A DNA stretch of 64,000 nt. Source: an uncultured Candidatus Saccharibacteria bacterium. Lineage in GTDB: Bacteria > Patescibacteriota > Minisyncoccia > Sungbacterales > HO2-52-23. Numbering within the stretch: position 1 is the first letter of the stretch; every line of letters starts with the position of its first letter. Positions 40,405-52,017 of this stretch are shown in pieces. The notes beneath the pieces were generated by a model that saw only the letters and a list, made by a program, of their open reading frames with translations, made no database searches and had not been told where the DNA came from. Both the position numbers and the translations under genes were made by a program. The DNA is taken from assembly GCA_964361495.1 (NCBI GenBank), contig CAYIAH010000001.1, positions 1,057-65,056 of the forward strand, given 5' to 3'.

Positions 40405-41166
40405 ATGCCGCGGCTTTTGAGCTATAGTATGCTTCGGTATCGTCTTTTCGCAGGCCTCTGCGGCTATGTGTTCAATAAAGGAGTCGGAGGGCCGTTACTT
40501 GCCGTAGGAGTCATTGGCGCGGGAGTTGCGGGCGGAATTTTCGGTCTCGTCAGCATCAGCCTCCTTATCATCGCGATGTGTACAGGAGCGTTCTTGCTTA
40601 CAGTCATGGAGGCCTTAGGCAATCGGGAACTCTCTAAACAGCTCATCCGTGAATTTCTCGAAAGACGAATCTATCAATCAATGAAGATAGATACGAAACG
40701 AAGCAGTGCATATGCGGTGGAAATCATAATGAAAATTATGGACACCGCACGTGTACACGGAAAAGACATAGAACTCCTGCGAATGCTCACCGAGACGGAC
40801 CGCATGCTTTTATTGCAGACTCAATCAATCCGCCAAATTGAAGACCTGGAACGGATCATTGATCTTGTGGGAACCGCAAAGAAGAGGACACGCGATGACA
40901 GAACTGCGGCATTACGCAACGAAAACTTTGAACGAATCAAGAAGAGCATGGAAGAAATCACTATATCAGTGATGGAAATCGAAGGTGCTCTTGAAACGCT
41001 TCTTCTCCAAGTCGCGCAGATGGAGCAGAAGGCGAGCGATCTCGTCGAAAAAGAACAGCTCGCCCATGAAGCCCTGGAGACACTCAAAAGCCTTCAGGCG
41101 GTCGTGAATGCGCGGCACGAAACCGCGCAAGAATTGGTACGAACGTTCGTGCCTAACCGTGCCTGA
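40405..41166 (+). CDS. Two-TM protein with C-terminal coiled coil (XpaC-like architecture)
   Basis: Two hydrophobic helices then heptad-rich region; SD AAAGGAG. Confidence 0.7.
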   Translation: MPRLLSYSMLRYRLFAGLCGYVFNKGVGGPLLAVGVIGAGVAGGIFGLVSISLLIIAMCTGAFLLTVMEALGNRELSKQLIREFLERRIYQSMKIDTKRSSAYAVEIIMKIMDTARVHGKDIELLRMLTETDRMLLLQTQSIRQIEDLERIIDLVGTAKKRTRDDRTAALRNENFERIKKSMEEITISVMEIEGALETLLLQVAQMEQKASDLVEKEQLAHEALETLKSLQAVVNARHETAQELVRTFVPNRA

Positions 41167-41197
41167 CAAGAAGAAACAAGAAAGGAGAAAACTTCAA

Positions 41198-43027
41198 ATG
41201 GAAGGAAGACATTGGCTTTGGATCAGCGTGGTCTTCGTCGTCGTGATTATCGCGGTCATGACTGCTCGATCATTGGTCTCCACGAATCAACAGCAGCAGG
41301 CGCCGACAAGTAGCAATGGGGCCAGTGTTACAGAGACGAAACCCCAGAGTTCTATCGCAACGCCATCACCGCGTCCGGGGTCGGTAAAACCCATCACGAT
41401 CTCCATCGCAAGTTCCAATACCAAACAGGATTGGCTCCGCGAAGCAGTGGAGAAATTTAATACTGCATCGATGAGCGAGACGCGTCTTCAAGTAAACGGA
41501 GTCCCGATCAATGTTGAAGTTCTTAAGGAAATAATCGACGGGAAACCAGTGGACTATCGTTCTGGTACCATGGTGTCCGACACCATCAAAGGCAAGATTA
41601 AACCTACCATCCTGTCTCCGGGCGAAGAATCGTGGTTGGAGAAATTTAAAAAGGATTGGCAGATCACCCACGGTTCGTCAGCGCTTCGCGGAGACGCGCC
41701 GGTGCTGGTGCGCACGCCCCTCGCTGTTGCAATGTGGCAATCACGGGCAAAAGCGCTTGGATGCTGGCCTGAAGCGAATCCGGAATGCACATGGGGAAAG
41801 ATTAGGGCGCTCGCAGAACACCCTGATGGCTGGAAATCCCTCGGGAGGCCCGAGTGGGGAAAATTCAAATTCGGCTATGGATACTTCGGAGAGTCCAACT
41901 CCGGAACGCTCGGCATCATCTCGATGTGTATGGCGGGCGTCAAGAAAACAAAAGGCCTTGCGTTGAACGATGTCGATCCCAAGAACGGCTGCGGCGCATT
42001 TATCGCGGGGATCGAGAGAGGCAAGGTCCATTCTGGAAAATCGGATGTGTGGCTTCTCGAACGCATGCGACACGGGGGGCCTGAATACCTCGACGCGGTG
42101 ATTACGTATGAGTCAAACGTAATCCTGATGAATAGAAAATACGGACAGGAATTACGAGAGTCGCTTGTAGCCGCATATCCGCAGGATGGAACGGTCGTCG
42201 TTGGACATCCGTTCGGTGTACTCGGTAATGCGCCGTGGGTCACGCCGGATCAGAGCACAGCCGCAGGGATTTTCAGAGAATTCCTTCTCGCCCATGAGCA
42301 GCAAGAATTGGTGCTCAACGTAGGCCTGCGCCCCGCAGACCCAAAAGTAAAGCTCGGCGCGCCAATTGAACACAGCATGGGTGCGAATCCAAATGCACGA
42401 CTCAATATACTTGAAGTTCCGGATACGCTCGTTATTGAGCGAATCTCGGAGGTATGGCATACCAATAAAAAGAAATCAGTGATCGCGCTTCCATTCGACA
42501 AATCAGGCAGCATGGCAGGGAAAAAAATTGCCGCCGCGATCAAGGGCGCCCAAGAATTTGTGCGCTCAATGGATTCCGAGGACACGCTCATATGGATTCC
42601 CTTTGACAACAACATCTATACGGGAAAAGCGCGGGGAACGAAAGCCGCGATCGGGGAGTCGCTCGTGGAAGAAATTGGTGCGACCGGTGCAGGCGGAGGC
42701 ACGTCGCTCTACGATGCAGTATTTGCCTCAATGGAAGAACTCGAGGCGCTCCGGAAAAAATATCAGGATACGGTTCGGTATGGGATTGTCGTTCTCTCTG
42801 ACGGGGAGGACACCACAAGTTCCCGAAAGCTCACGCAGCTTGAAGAAAAACTCAAACCTGCGGAACACGATCCGCGGGGCGTGCAGATTCACACGATCTG
42901 CATTGGAACTGACTGTAACGAGTTCGTGCTTAAAAAAATCGCTGCCGTGGCCCATGGAAAATTCCTAAAGGGCAATAGCGCAGAAGACATGATACGGGTA
43001 TACAAAGACATCGCGGCTCATTACTAA
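41198..43027 (+). CDS. Membrane-anchored extracellular solute-binding domain plus vWA domain protein
   Basis: N-terminal TM; SNSG, YES and YP..GT....HP SBP motifs; MIDAS DKSGS, T.LYDA, LSDG; SD AAAGGAG. Confidence 0.88.
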   Translation: MEGRHWLWISVVFVVVIIAVMTARSLVSTNQQQQAPTSSNGASVTETKPQSSIATPSPRPGSVKPITISIASSNTKQDWLREAVEKFNTASMSETRLQVNGVPINVEVLKEIIDGKPVDYRSGTMVSDTIKGKIKPTILSPGEESWLEKFKKDWQITHGSSALRGDAPVLVRTPLAVAMWQSRAKALGCWPEANPECTWGKIRALAEHPDGWKSLGRPEWGKFKFGYGYFGESNSGTLGIISMCMAGVKKTKGLALNDVDPKNGCGAFIAGIERGKVHSGKSDVWLLERMRHGGPEYLDAVITYESNVILMNRKYGQELRESLVAAYPQDGTVVVGHPFGVLGNAPWVTPDQSTAAGIFREFLLAHEQQELVLNVGLRPADPKVKLGAPIEHSMGANPNARLNILEVPDTLVIERISEVWHTNKKKSVIALPFDKSGSMAGKKIAAAIKGAQEFVRSMDSEDTLIWIPFDNNIYTGKARGTKAAIGESLVEEIGATGAGGGTSLYDAVFASMEELEALRKKYQDTVRYGIVVLSDGEDTTSSRKLTQLEEKLKPAEHDPRGVQIHTICIGTDCNEFVLKKIAAVAHGKFLKGNSAEDMIRVYKDIAAHY

Positions 43028-43047
43028 CAAGATCGAACAGGCATAGG

Positions 43048-43078
43048 AAGTCCGAGGAGACAATCTTCGGACTTTTTT
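43048..43078 (+). terminator. Intrinsic terminator closing the island
   Basis: AAGTCCGAGGA/TCTTCGGACTT then TTTT. Confidence 0.8.
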
Positions 43079-43156
43079 AATTGTCGTTTTTAAGATGGAT
43101 TCCAGTTATTGCGCGCCGGACCACTTATAGGTATAGTGCAGAATAGTAAATAGTAT

Positions 43157-44707
43157 ATGAAAAAGGATTTTATTATCGAACAACTGCGTAAAGAAATTGA
43201 GGGGGCGCGGGTTGAGATTAAAGCAGAAAAAATAGGTCGGGTGCTTGAGGTGGGCGACGGGATTGCGCGGATTTCCGGATTGTCCGGAGTCGGCTCGCAA
43301 GAAATGCTTGAATTTGAAACCGGCGAGGAGACGAGCGCGGGTATCGCGTTTAATCTCGAAGAGGATAGCGTGGGCGCAATAATCCTTACGGCACAGGAGC
43401 GCATCCGCGAGAACACGCTCGTCCGCCCCACCGGACGCGTGCTTTCCATACGGGCTGGAGAAGAGCTTCTCGGACGTATCATTGATGTTCTCGGAGGGCC
43501 GCTCGACGACGCCGGGCCCATATTCACCGACGAGACAAGCGGATCCTGGTATCCCGTCGAGCGGCGCGCGCCGCCGGTTACGGCACGCGAACCCGTCAAC
43601 GTTCCGCTTCATACCGGCATCATGGCAATTGACAGCATGATTCCCATAGGCCGGGGCCAGCGCGAACTTATCATCGGCGACCGCCAAACCGGAAAAACAT
43701 CTCTCGTTATTGACACCATCATCAATCAGGGACGCGACACGGGGCGCCCGACGCCCGTGTGCATTTACGTCGCCATCGGCCAAAAGCAATCAAAAGTCGC
43801 GAAACTTATTGCGACCCTCAAAGAGGCAGATGCAATGCGATACACCATTGTAATCTCTGCGTCCGCATCAACTTCGGCATCGCGCTGGTATCTTGCTCCG
43901 TATAGCGGCGCGGCAATCGGCGAATATTTTATGGATCAGGGAAGAGACGCGCTCGTCATTTATGACGATCTTTCCAAACATGCATGGGCATATCGCGAGT
44001 TGTCGCTGCTCCTTCGCCGGCCGCCGGGCCGGGAAGCATATCCGGGCGATATTTTCTATCTTCACTCGCGACTGCTTGAGCGCGCCTCAAAGCTCAATAA
44101 AGAAGCGGGGGGCGGGTCGCTCACCGCACTCCCGATTGTGGAGACGCAACTCGGCGATGTCTCCGCATACATTCCAACCAACATTATTTCAATCACCGAC
44201 GGACAGATTTATCTCGAACCCGAACTTTTTTATCAGGGCGTGCGGCCTGCGGTCAACGTCGGTCTTTCGGTATCACGCGTCGGGTCTGCCGCGCAGACGA
44301 AAGCAATGAAAAAAGTGGCGGGACGACTGCGGCTTGAACTCGCGCAATTCCGTGAACTTGCCGCATTCGTGCAGTTTGCGTCTGAACTTGACGAGGGTAC
44401 GCGCCGCCGGATTGAACGCGGCCGCATACTCACCGAACTTTTGAAACAAAGCGAGCGAGCGCCCATTCCGTTTGAAGAGCAGGCAGTCCTTATTTTTGCC
44501 GCGACACAAGGATATTTTGACGACATTCCCGCAGGCAGCATGGGTATACTCGCCGCGTCCCTCCGACAATATCTCAATAAATTGCATCGCGAGACCGTGC
44601 TTAATCCGATCAGAAAATCCGGCGATCTTTCTGATGCGGCAGAGCGACAGCTGCGCGCCGCGCTTGAAACCTTCAAAAAACTTTCTATGGAGATTCCTCC
44701 AAGTTAA
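43157..44707 (+). CDS. atpA: F0F1 ATP synthase subunit alpha
   Basis: [24 protein letters not shown]. Confidence 0.98.
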   Translation: MKKDFIIEQLRKEIEGARVEIKAEKIGRVLEVGDGIARISGLSGVGSQEMLEFETGEETSAGIAFNLEEDSVGAIILTAQERIRENTLVRPTGRVLSIRAGEELLGRIIDVLGGPLDDAGPIFTDETSGSWYPVERRAPPVTAREPVNVPLHTGIMAIDSMIPIGRGQRELIIGDRQTGKTSLVIDTIINQGRDTGRPTPVCIYVAIGQKQSKVAKLIATLKEADAMRYTIVISASASTSASRWYLAPYSGAAIGEYFMDQGRDALVIYDDLSKHAWAYRELSLLLRRPPGREAYPGDIFYLHSRLLERASKLNKEAGGGSLTALPIVETQLGDVSAYIPTNIISITDGQIYLEPELFYQGVRPAVNVGLSVSRVGSAAQTKAMKKVAGRLRLELAQFRELAAFVQFASELDEGTRRRIERGRILTELLKQSERAPIPFEEQAVLIFAATQGYFDDIPAGSMGILAASLRQYLNKLHRETVLNPIRKSGDLSDAAERQLRAALETFKKLSMEIPPS

Positions 44708-44711
44708 AAAT

Positions 44712-45653
44712 ATGGCGTCACGAAAATCAATTATGCGGCGCATCAAGTCGATCAAAAGCACATCGCAGATTACCAAAGCGATGGAAGTGGTTTCCGCAAC
44801 TAAAATGCGCCGCTCCCAAGAGTTTGCTCTTCACGCGCGCCCATATGCGAAAGCGGCGCTTGAACTGCTCCGGAATCTCTTGCAGCGCACGCCCGATCAC
44901 CTTCTTCCTCCGGTCTTAAAGCCGCGTGAGATCAAGCGGTTTTCGCTTCTCGTCATCACTTCTGACAAAGGACTTGCGGGAGCATTCAACGCCAATGTCC
45001 TGCGTAAAGCAACGCAGTGGCTCTCCGGACAATCTATAGACATCGCAAAACCATATATTATCACCGTGGGGAAAAAGGCGAAAGAATATTTCCAGCGCCG
45101 CGGGGAATCGGTTGCCGAAAGCTTCTGGGGATACGGCGACTATACGACCTTAGCCGAGACCGCCGGAATCGCCGACACAGTTATCAAAGGATTTCTGGAC
45201 CGCTCTTGGGATGAGGCGTATGCGGTCTATACCAATTTCCGCACCACGCTTCTTCAGGAAGCCGTTATAAAAAAAATTCTGCCGGCGACGCCCACAGGAC
45301 TGCAAGAAGCGGTCCAAAGCATTCTGCCCGAACGAGGACGCTTTGCAGAATCTCAAGCTCCGAATTCCGGTCTCCGGGCTCCCGCCTATCAGTATGAATA
45401 CAAATTTGAACCCTCAAGCGCAGAAATTCTTGATGCGCTTGTCCCCGAATTAATCAGGATGCATATTCATCATATCATTCTTGAGTCCAATGCGTCGGAG
45501 CACTCCGCACGAATGGTTGCCATGAAAAATGCGTCGGATAATGCACGGGAATTGATTTCAAAGCTCGCGATTGAATACAATAAACTCCGTCAGGCGGGGA
45601 TCACCAGAGAACTCGCGGAAATCACCGCGGGAAAAGAAGCGCTTGAGGAATAA
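44712..45653 (+). CDS. atpG: F0F1 ATP synthase subunit gamma
   Basis: QITKAME.VS, SDKGLAG.FN, SEHSARMVAM, RQAGIT.E. Confidence 0.97.
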   Translation: MASRKSIMRRIKSIKSTSQITKAMEVVSATKMRRSQEFALHARPYAKAALELLRNLLQRTPDHLLPPVLKPREIKRFSLLVITSDKGLAGAFNANVLRKATQWLSGQSIDIAKPYIITVGKKAKEYFQRRGESVAESFWGYGDYTTLAETAGIADTVIKGFLDRSWDEAYAVYTNFRTTLLQEAVIKKILPATPTGLQEAVQSILPERGRFAESQAPNSGLRAPAYQYEYKFEPSSAEILDALVPELIRMHIHHIILESNASEHSARMVAMKNASDNARELISKLAIEYNKLRQAGITRELAEITAGKEALEE

Positions 45654-47030
<1,377 letters not shown>

Positions 47031-47054
47031 GGGATCATTTAATTAATAATCTTT

Positions 47055-48707
47055 ATGACCACACGATACATTTTTGTATGCGGCGGCGTCATTTCGGGTG
47101 TTGGAAAGGGGACTGCAACTGCCTCAATGGCCGCACTCCTCAAATCACGCGGGTTTCGAGCCACCGCAATCAAAATTGACCAGTATCTCAACGTTGACGC
47201 CGGAACCATCAGGCCGACCGAACACGGGGAGGTGTTTGTGACCGATGATGGAATGGAATGCGATCAGGACCTTGGCATTTACGAACGATTCCTTCATCAA
47301 GACATCGGCGGCACGAACTACATGACGACCGGCTCGGTCTATCTTACGGTCATTCAAAAAGAAAGAAATCTTGAGTATGACGGAGAAGACGTCGAGGTGA
47401 TCCCTCACATTCCGCAGGAAGTGATCCGGCGGATTAAAAACGTTGCGGAACAGAGCCGCGCCGATTTTGTATTCATTGAAATCGGCGGCACGGTCGGCGA
47501 ATATCAAAATCTCGTATTCCTTGAGGCGGCACGTATGATGCATCTTGAGGCGCCCGCCAACGTTTTTTTTGTACTCGTCTCATACGTGCCGGTGCCGCCC
47601 ATGATCGGGGAAATGAAAACGAAACCGACCCAGCAGGCGGCGAGGTTTCTCAACGAAGCGGGAATACAGGCGGATATTATTCTTGCGCGATCCGAGGTTC
47701 CGCTTGATGCCAAACGCAAAGAGAAAATCTCGCTTTTCTCCAATATTCCCAAAAACCAGGTCATTTCCGCTCCCGACGTCAAATCGGTCTATGAGGTGAT
47801 CCTCAATTTTGAAAAAGAAGGACTCACGGATACCCTTCTTGCGCTCGCGCACGAAACGCCGCAAAAACGGGATTTGGGCAAATGGAAGAAACTTGTCGCC
47901 GTCATCCGGACCGTTTCTTCGCCGGTCAAAATTGGGATAGTCGGCAAATATTTCCAAACCGGCGATTTCACTCTTTCCGATTCATATATCTCCGTAATCG
48001 AGGCAATAAAACATGCCGCATGGGCGCATCATAGAAAGCCGGAAATTCACTGGCTCAATGCCGAGACGTATGAACAAAATTCTAAACAACTGAAGGAGCT
48101 TGACGGTTATGACGGCATTATCGTGCCGGGCGGCTTCGGTCCGCGCGGCGTCGAAGGAAAAATCCTTGCGATTCAATATGCGCGGGAACACGCGATTCCT
48201 TATTTCGGACTCTGTTATGGAATGCAGCTCGCCGTGATTGAATTTGCGCGCACAGTCTGCGGTCTTAAAAATGCCCATACCACGGAGGTCAACCCCGATA
48301 CGCCCCATCCGGTCATCACGCCCATGGAGGAACAGCAGCAGTTGCTCGAAGAAAAACACTACGGCGGGTCAATGCGGCTTGGGGCGTACGAGTGCGCCCT
48401 GATCCCCGCGACCGCGAGCTTTCGCGCTTATGCGAACACACGCGCGAGAAAAATCGCAAAAAAAATGACGGTGAGTGAACGCCACCGTCATCGCTACGAA
48501 TTAAATAATGCGTATCGCGCCCGCCTCGAGGAAAAAGGGCTCGTCATTGCCGGCATCAATCCGCAAAGAAATCTTGTCGAGATCATTGAACTCCCTCGTC
48601 ATCCGTTCTTTGTCGGGACGCAGTTCCACCCCGAATTCAAATCAAGGCCGCTTTTCCCCCACCCGCTCTATATGGAATTCATACGCGCCGCAGGACGGAA
48701 AAATTAA
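47055..48707 (+). CDS. pyrG: CTP synthase
   Basis: GVGKG, KTKPTQ, GLCYGMQ, RHRHRYE, QFHPE. Confidence 0.98.
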   Translation: MTTRYIFVCGGVISGVGKGTATASMAALLKSRGFRATAIKIDQYLNVDAGTIRPTEHGEVFVTDDGMECDQDLGIYERFLHQDIGGTNYMTTGSVYLTVIQKERNLEYDGEDVEVIPHIPQEVIRRIKNVAEQSRADFVFIEIGGTVGEYQNLVFLEAARMMHLEAPANVFFVLVSYVPVPPMIGEMKTKPTQQAARFLNEAGIQADIILARSEVPLDAKRKEKISLFSNIPKNQVISAPDVKSVYEVILNFEKEGLTDTLLALAHETPQKRDLGKWKKLVAVIRTVSSPVKIGIVGKYFQTGDFTLSDSYISVIEAIKHAAWAHHRKPEIHWLNAETYEQNSKQLKELDGYDGIIVPGGFGPRGVEGKILAIQYAREHAIPYFGLCYGMQLAVIEFARTVCGLKNAHTTEVNPDTPHPVITPMEEQQQLLEEKHYGGSMRLGAYECALIPATASFRAYANTRARKIAKKMTVSERHRHRYELNNAYRARLEEKGLVIAGINPQRNLVEIIELPRHPFFVGTQFHPEFKSRPLFPHPLYMEFIRAAGRKN

Positions 48708-48976
48708 ACAACGCTCACCATTTTTTTTATGCGGCGCGAGCCGTCAAATCCCATCGCGCGGCGCGTAAGAAATTTGACCGCTCCTATTTTGATTGCAAAA
48801 ATAGTATCATCTCTGCCGCGCCGTACGCCGTCTCCTGCAACAAAGTGAGTTCCCCGCTGACGTATGATAATATCCCCAGGTTTAACCCGCTGTCCGTCAG
48901 ATTTTTTAACACCCAGATATTTCGGATGGGAATCACGGCCGTATTTACCCGCGCCCGCGGATTTGGTATGTGCCAT
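48704..48976 (-). CDS. rpmA: 50S ribosomal protein L27
   Basis: MAHTKSAG...GRDS.PKYLGVK, RQRGT. Confidence 0.97.
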   Translation of the reverse strand: MAHTKSAGAGKYGRDSHPKYLGVKKSDGQRVKPGDIIIRQRGTHFVAGDGVRRGRDDTIFAIKIGAVKFLTRRAMGFDGSRRIKKMVSVV

Positions 48977-48984
48977 ATTTTATT

Positions 48985-49047
48985 AGAACCCATCTCAAAA
49001 TTCCATTTCGTATCCCGGCCTTGAAAGCAAATTTTGAGATGGGCCCT
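48985..49047. mobile_element. MITE-like element, copy B
   Basis: AGAACCCATCTCAAAATT...AATTTTGAGATGGGCCCT with TA at both ends. Confidence 0.8.
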
Positions 49048-49062
49048 AGAAGAATATCAACT

Positions 49063-49476
49063 ATGAGCCTCATGGTAAATCACTATCTGGAAAAAGTCAA
49101 AGAATTCTTCGTCAATTACAAATCCGACCTCTATATCGCCTCCATTATATTTTTCGTCGGCATGGCGAGTTTTGGCTTGGGACGATTATCAATAGTCTGG
49201 CCAAAGAAAGAACCGATCGCTATTGAATCGTATCTGGAGACCGACCTCCCAGAAGCTCCCATCAAAAAGGAAGGCGAGGAAAAAAGCACTATGCCGCAAT
49301 CTCGGACAACACAGGCAGCGGGACGATACGTTGCCTCAAAGTCGGGCTCCTATTACCACCTCCCATGGTGTCCTGGAGCGCGAAGAATCAAAGACTCAAA
49401 CAAAATATGGTTTCAAGATAAAAAAGAGGCTGAGGCGCGCGGCCTCAAGCCCGCGGGAAATTGTGAGGGGCTATAG
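49063..49476 (+). CDS. Membrane protein with C-terminal Ada metal-binding-like domain
   Basis: TM, linker, YVASKSG..YHLPWC...F...EAEARG.KP..NC. Confidence 0.75.
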   Translation: MSLMVNHYLEKVKEFFVNYKSDLYIASIIFFVGMASFGLGRLSIVWPKKEPIAIESYLETDLPEAPIKKEGEEKSTMPQSRTTQAAGRYVASKSGSYYHLPWCPGARRIKDSNKIWFQDKKEAEARGLKPAGNCEGL

Positions 49477-50697
49477 AAAAGGGGCACCACCACGCTCCTC
49501 TTTTTTTATTCCCGCAGACGCGGTCAGGACAGTATACTCTTTGAGAACGCTTCTGTGCCCTTCCACTGCCTGCCGGACTTCGATCGGCATTTCTTTGAGC
49601 AGGCGCTTTAGTTTCGTCTCGTCAGCTTTCAAAATCTCTTCCCATTTCCCGAGAGGCGAAAGGAGCTCCTTTATTTTTGCAAGATCATACTGATACCGCT
49701 GAATCGTTTTTTGGGAAATCACGCCCTCGTCCCCAAAAACTCTCGTGACGCCCTCCTCGGCCATATATTCTTTGATCGCGTTTTGTAATTCCTTCAAGCG
49801 TCTTTCCTGCTCTTGAACGGCGTGTTTGATGTCAAAATACTCCTTCACAGTTCCTTTTATTTCATTTTGATTGCGGCCGTCTGCATTCTCATTTTTTTTA
49901 TAGAGATGCCGCCATGCCGGACACATTGGTTTATATCCGCACCAGTTGCAGAGCGGCCCCGGCGCCGGCTCGAAATTTTTGGCTGAGCGAATGCGCCCGG
50001 CAATTTCCCGAATGGTTTTAAGCAGCCGTGCCGCGACCTCATCCGTCGCCGCCTGTGTGGCAGGCGCGCTTAATTTCTCCCCGTGTTTCAGGAAATGCAG
50101 ACTCAAGGTGAGATTTTCCGGCGTGATATGCGGCCAGCGCTTCTGGACGCCGAGCGAATAAAGCGCGAGCTGAAGATTTTTATGCACGTCCGCTTGTGAC
50201 GGCATGCGGCGCGCGGTTTTGTAATCAATGATCTCGTACGTGCCGTCTGGACGCTTGTCAATGCGGTCAATTTTTCCCGCGAGAATATGGACTTCGCCGC
50301 TTGCGGGATCGGCCACCGCAACTTCAAAGTGGGATTCCAAATCAAGAATTGTATAATTCCACGGGGCATTCCGTTCGTAAAACCGCGTGAGCATCCGCAC
50401 GCCGTCTTCAAAATAAATTCGCTCGTCCTGTTCGGTCCACGGCCGCGCAAGAGAATTTTGTTTTGATTCTGCCTCAAATACTTCCCGTGACGGCCAGCGG
50501 CTTCTGAAATAACTCACCACTTCGTCAAGCGTCGGAAACAGGGGATCGCGCGTGAACATGAACTTGAGCGTATCGTGAATAAGCGTGCCGACAAGCGCTT
50601 CGCGGGATTTCGGCACGCGGATTCGGTCTATTTCCTGAAATTTATATTTCTGTGGACACGAAAGATACGTCTCTATTGCAGAATAGGAGATTCTCAT
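49471..50697 (-). CDS. PD-(D/E)XK nuclease (RecB/AddB/Cas4-like) with Fe-S staple cysteines
   Basis: N-terminal CP, GKIDRID...IIDYKT, QLALY, CNWC.....CP. Confidence 0.88.
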   Translation of the reverse strand: MRISYSAIETYLSCPQKYKFQEIDRIRVPKSREALVGTLIHDTLKFMFTRDPLFPTLDEVVSYFRSRWPSREVFEAESKQNSLARPWTEQDERIYFEDGVRMLTRFYERNAPWNYTILDLESHFEVAVADPASGEVHILAGKIDRIDKRPDGTYEIIDYKTARRMPSQADVHKNLQLALYSLGVQKRWPHITPENLTLSLHFLKHGEKLSAPATQAATDEVAARLLKTIREIAGRIRSAKNFEPAPGPLCNWCGYKPMCPAWRHLYKKNENADGRNQNEIKGTVKEYFDIKHAVQEQERRLKELQNAIKEYMAEEGVTRVFGDEGVISQKTIQRYQYDLAKIKELLSPLGKWEEILKADETKLKRLLKEMPIEVRQAVEGHRSVLKEYTVLTASAGIKKEERGGAPFL

Positions 50698-50764
50698 GGT
50701 ATCGTCATGGTAGCTCGTTTACATCGTAGAGGGCAAATATCAGCAAAATGGAGGAGGACAGAAG

Positions 50765-51178
50765 ATGGCTCAATGGAACCGTTGTACTCTCGTCGTGGCA
50801 ACAGGACTCGTACTATTTTTTGCAGCATATGCGAGCGTATCCGCCCAGCCGCTCCCCTTGGATAAAGATTTAGAGATCGGATCACCCTCGTTTCTTATTA
50901 AATTTAAAGAGGGGGTTATCTTAAAACTCTCTATGGGCTGTAGTGTTGCACTCACCGGCAATATCACTCTTGACCGACTGAACATGGAATTCCAGGTAGT
51001 GAGAATCAAAGAACTGATGCCTCTCCTAAGCGGTCAACTCAATCGGTCGTATCTTTTTACTGTCGCACAAGGAATTGACGTGCAAGAAGCGATCAAGGCA
51101 TATCTCGAGCATCCCTTAGTCGAGTATGCCGAAGTAAACGCGGTCGTGCCGTTAAAGCCGTCCGAAAGAAAGGAGTAA
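50765..51178 (+). CDS. Secreted protein resembling a stand-alone subtilase (S8) propeptide
   Basis: Signal peptide; LIKFKEG...L.R.Y.......DVQEAI.AY..HPLVEYAEVN; SD GGAGGAGG. Confidence 0.6.
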   Translation: MAQWNRCTLVVATGLVLFFAAYASVSAQPLPLDKDLEIGSPSFLIKFKEGVILKLSMGCSVALTGNITLDRLNMEFQVVRIKELMPLLSGQLNRSYLFTVAQGIDVQEAIKAYLEHPLVEYAEVNAVVPLKPSERKE

Positions 51179-51182
51179 CATC

Positions 51183-51989
51183 ATGACCTTTTTTGCATTT
51201 CGCGAAGAACGCCTCGAACGCGAACGTCAGCAAGAAGTATTGGAAAAAATCAAACTAGGAAAGGGGATTTGGAATTTAGAAGAACTCCCCGAGGAGCTCC
51301 ACGCGCTCTTGACGCGAACAATTCTTGATCAGGCAAACGACGAATGGTGGGGAGGCGCGCAATATTTCGAATGCGTGCGTCTCGCGCCCACTTCGGAAGA
51401 AAGGCAGTATATGCGCGAGCTCGGCAGGCAAGAACAGGGGCACGCCCATATCCTCGCGAGAGGGTCGCTCGCGGCCCTCGGCGTTGATTTCTTCGCGCAA
51501 CTCGCCGCTTCCGCCAAGGAACAGAAACCGATTTTGGAGATCTTCACGCATCCGGAAGAGTTTATCTCATGGGCGGATGTGGTCGCGTTCAACGTCGTAC
51601 AAGACGGGGGAGCCGATATACAACTCCAGAGATTCAAGCAAGGACCTTTTGGAAAATGGAGTGTGGATATCGAACGGCTTGAGGCCGAAGAAACCGGCCA
51701 CCGGGAACACGGCGAGCGCTGGGTGAAAAAACTATCAAGTACGAACCGTGGAAAATATCTCCTGCAGCTCGCATTTCAAAAGTGGCTCCCGCGGGCATTA
51801 CGGGCATTCGGCGCGCCTGACGCAACGAGCAAAAGTTTGCCGCTCTACAAAAAATATAACCTCAAAGACAGCAACGACGTTCAACGGCACGAACTCATTG
51901 TCTCAATCAGACCACTCCTTGATATGTGCGGCTATGTCTCGCCGATCCTTTTAAACCCAGAACTTGCATGGTCATCAGAATTTCTATAG
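51183..51989 (+). CDS. PaaA/PaaC/BoxB-like ferritin-fold di-iron protein
   Basis: E, EQGH, D, ETGH ligand pattern; LAPT.EE; W.PRAL.AFG. Confidence 0.75.
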   Translation: MTFFAFREERLERERQQEVLEKIKLGKGIWNLEELPEELHALLTRTILDQANDEWWGGAQYFECVRLAPTSEERQYMRELGRQEQGHAHILARGSLAALGVDFFAQLAASAKEQKPILEIFTHPEEFISWADVVAFNVVQDGGADIQLQRFKQGPFGKWSVDIERLEAEETGHREHGERWVKKLSSTNRGKYLLQLAFQKWLPRALRAFGAPDATSKSLPLYKKYNLKDSNDVQRHELIVSIRPLLDMCGYVSPILLNPELAWSSEFL

Positions 51990-52017
51990 TTTTCGTCGAA
52001 AAAGGGAGGATCTTTAC

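Noticed and set aside
49471-50697. Cas4 of a CRISPR system
   Set aside because: No cas1/cas2 or array in the window.
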